Origin: a virus
Lineage: Duplodnaviria; Caudoviricetes
Length of the DNA stretch: 55,266 nt
Reading direction: 5' to 3' (one strand)
IMG/VR virus record: IMGVR_UViG_3300008108_000110
Span: 1 to 55,266 of that record
Made by a program: the position numbers and the translations under genes. The notes beneath the pieces are model-generated. The model did no database searches, had not been told where the DNA came from, and worked only from the letters and a program-made list of their open reading frames with translations. This document shows positions 53,786-55,266 of the stretch, one piece after another (positions within the stretch are counted from its first letter, which is position 1; every line of letters starts with the position of its first letter).

Positions 53786-53816
53786 ATTTTTTATAAGTAT
53801 TTATTTGATTTTCATA

Positions 53817-53842
53817 AAAAAAGAGGGTCCTTTTGGACCCTC
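53817..53842 (-). terminator. terminator after the major capsid gene
   Basis: GAGGGTCC-aaaa-GGACCCTC followed by a T-run. Confidence 0.85.
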
Positions 53843-53861
53843 TGAAAATATGTGAATAAAA

Positions 53862-55250
53862 TCACATAAGGTTCTTAACCTGTACTCTTCTGTAGTAACG
53901 GTTAGAATTGGTCTTAAGACGACCCAGACCTTGATCGAGACCTTCAGCAAATGGGTTAGCAACAAGACCATAACGAGTCTTGAATCCAATTTTTGGCTGG
54001 AAGGTGTCCTGACCAACGGCACGAACCATTTGGAGAGGAACGTATGGGCAATAGAACAGACCTGCATCATAAGGGGAAGAACCCTTATAACCTACAACGT
54101 AGTACTGGTTAGCAGATACGTTAGCAGCATATGGGTCGATATATACACGGAACTTACCGAGCAGAACACCAGCGAAGGTGTTACCAGTGTCATCGACGTT
54201 CAGGTTTGCATTCAAAGCAGGGGTGTAATCGAGAACACCAGCCATGCTCAGAGCAGAAGCAACGTCAGCAGAACACATGATAACGTTACCCTTTCCTCTA
54301 CGAGTTCTTTGTGCGATTGCGTTAGCGTCGCGCTCGATTTGGAACAGAAGACCCTTGAACTTTTCAACCGACCAACGACCGTTGGAATCGATATCGAGGT
54401 CAAATACACCCTGAGTTGCAACGTTAGTTACAGCACCCTGTTCAGCAACCTTGTAGATGGTTCTGATAACTTCACGGTTGATCTCGGAAAGAATCTCAGT
54501 GGAGAGAATATTTGCGAGTTCCGCTTCAGCATTTAGACCGTGGATTGCTTTCAGGTCTTGTGCAAGCTCAAGGCTGTACTCAGCTTTCAGAGCACGGGAC
54601 TTTGCTTCAACCAGAACTTTCTCGATTGAGAAAGCCATTTCGTTGAACTGTCCAGAACCGTCGCCTAGACCTTCTGCATCGCCAGTGGTCATTGCCTGAC
54701 CAACGTTATAAGCAGTCTCGCTTGCGCTTGCGGTTGGGTTGAGCAGACCTGGGTTGGATCCTGCCTGTGCGGTAGTACCCATACCAGCTGCAGGATCAGT
54801 CATACCTGAAACATTGTTCAGAGAAGCACTCTGACCAGAGAATGCAGTATTTACTTCATTGTAGAATGTCTCTGCACCACTCTGATTGTTGTAGCGTGAA
54901 CGCATTGCGAAGATTAGTCCAGTAGGACCGCTCATTGGTTGAACGCCTGCGAGGTCATAAGCGACCAGGTTAGGCATTGAACGACGGATCAGAGAGATCA
55001 GAACTGGATCGAAACCAGCTACAGGACCACCAGCAGCAGCAGAACCGGTGAATCCACCAGTTCCAGCTTGGTTGGTTGGGGATTCAGTCAAGAATCCGTT
55101 AGAGAAAGATTGCTCTTCTCTTAAAAACTTTTCTTGGTTTTCGAGCAGGACGGCGGTTACAGCTCTTCTGTGCGAATCTTTGATTGGGTCAAGACCCTCA
55201 TAGTTCAGAAGTGGTGCCCACTTTTCCTGCAGATGCTCAGATTGGAACAT
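53862..55250 (-). CDS. 23: major capsid protein (T4 gp23)
   Basis: KWAPLL, LLENQ, GVQPMSGPTGLIFAMR, ELAQDLKAIHGL, FQPKIGFKTRYG. Confidence 0.98.
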   Translation of the reverse strand: MFQSEHLQEKWAPLLNYEGLDPIKDSHRRAVTAVLLENQEKFLREEQSFSNGFLTESPTNQAGTGGFTGSAAAGGPVAGFDPVLISLIRRSMPNLVAYDLAGVQPMSGPTGLIFAMRSRYNNQSGAETFYNEVNTAFSGQSASLNNVSGMTDPAAGMGTTAQAGSNPGLLNPTASASETAYNVGQAMTTGDAEGLGDGSGQFNEMAFSIEKVLVEAKSRALKAEYSLELAQDLKAIHGLNAEAELANILSTEILSEINREVIRTIYKVAEQGAVTNVATQGVFDLDIDSNGRWSVEKFKGLLFQIERDANAIAQRTRRGKGNVIMCSADVASALSMAGVLDYTPALNANLNVDDTGNTFAGVLLGKFRVYIDPYAANVSANQYYVVGYKGSSPYDAGLFYCPYVPLQMVRAVGQDTFQPKIGFKTRYGLVANPFAEGLDQGLGRLKTNSNRYYRRVQVKNLM

Positions 55251-55266
55251 TTGCTTTTACCTTTGT

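Noticed and set aside
53786-53861. Absence of gp24 after gp23
   Set aside because: Normal for T4-like cyanophages
5-54699. All plus-strand ORFs and nested alternative-frame minus ORFs in the track
   Set aside because: They overlap well-supported minus-strand genes or tRNAs and show no recognisable motifs; treated as shadow ORFs

Overview
AT-rich segment of a T4-like cyanobacterial myovirus. Every supported gene is on the minus strand. Read in transcription order (right to left): major capsid gp23, tail completion gp3, uvsY, uvsW, late sigma gp55, gp47/gp46, a CobT-like vWA/HEXXH protein with CobS AAA+, gp45/gp44/gp62 (interrupted by a DenV-like glycosylase, a 2OG-Fe(II) oxygenase, a putative nuclease and a Dam methylase), regA, hsp20, gp43, uvsX, gp41, mazG, late and probable internal-head proteins, primase, nrdA/nrdB, a lysozyme-like protein, a tRNA-rich accessory island (dps, gnd, tiny membrane proteins), and a glycan biosynthesis/glycosyltransferase cluster of 13 complete genes that runs off the left edge. 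The most notable observations: (1) a manA/wcaG-like structured RNA split into three pieces by a membrane-protein ORF and a GIY-YIG homing endonuclease; (2) gnd sandwiched between an NdhP homolog and an NdhQ-like peptide, both too short for the ORF track; (3) several unannotated structured RNAs, including a tRNA mimic, hairpin arrays between tRNAs and a late-promoter/terminator-bounded small RNA; (4) a tRNA-Ile(UAU) whose acceptor stem is overwritten by an ORF; (5) a near-consensus antisense sigma70 promoter divergent from gp55. All family assignments come from recognising motifs by eye; no database searches were run.
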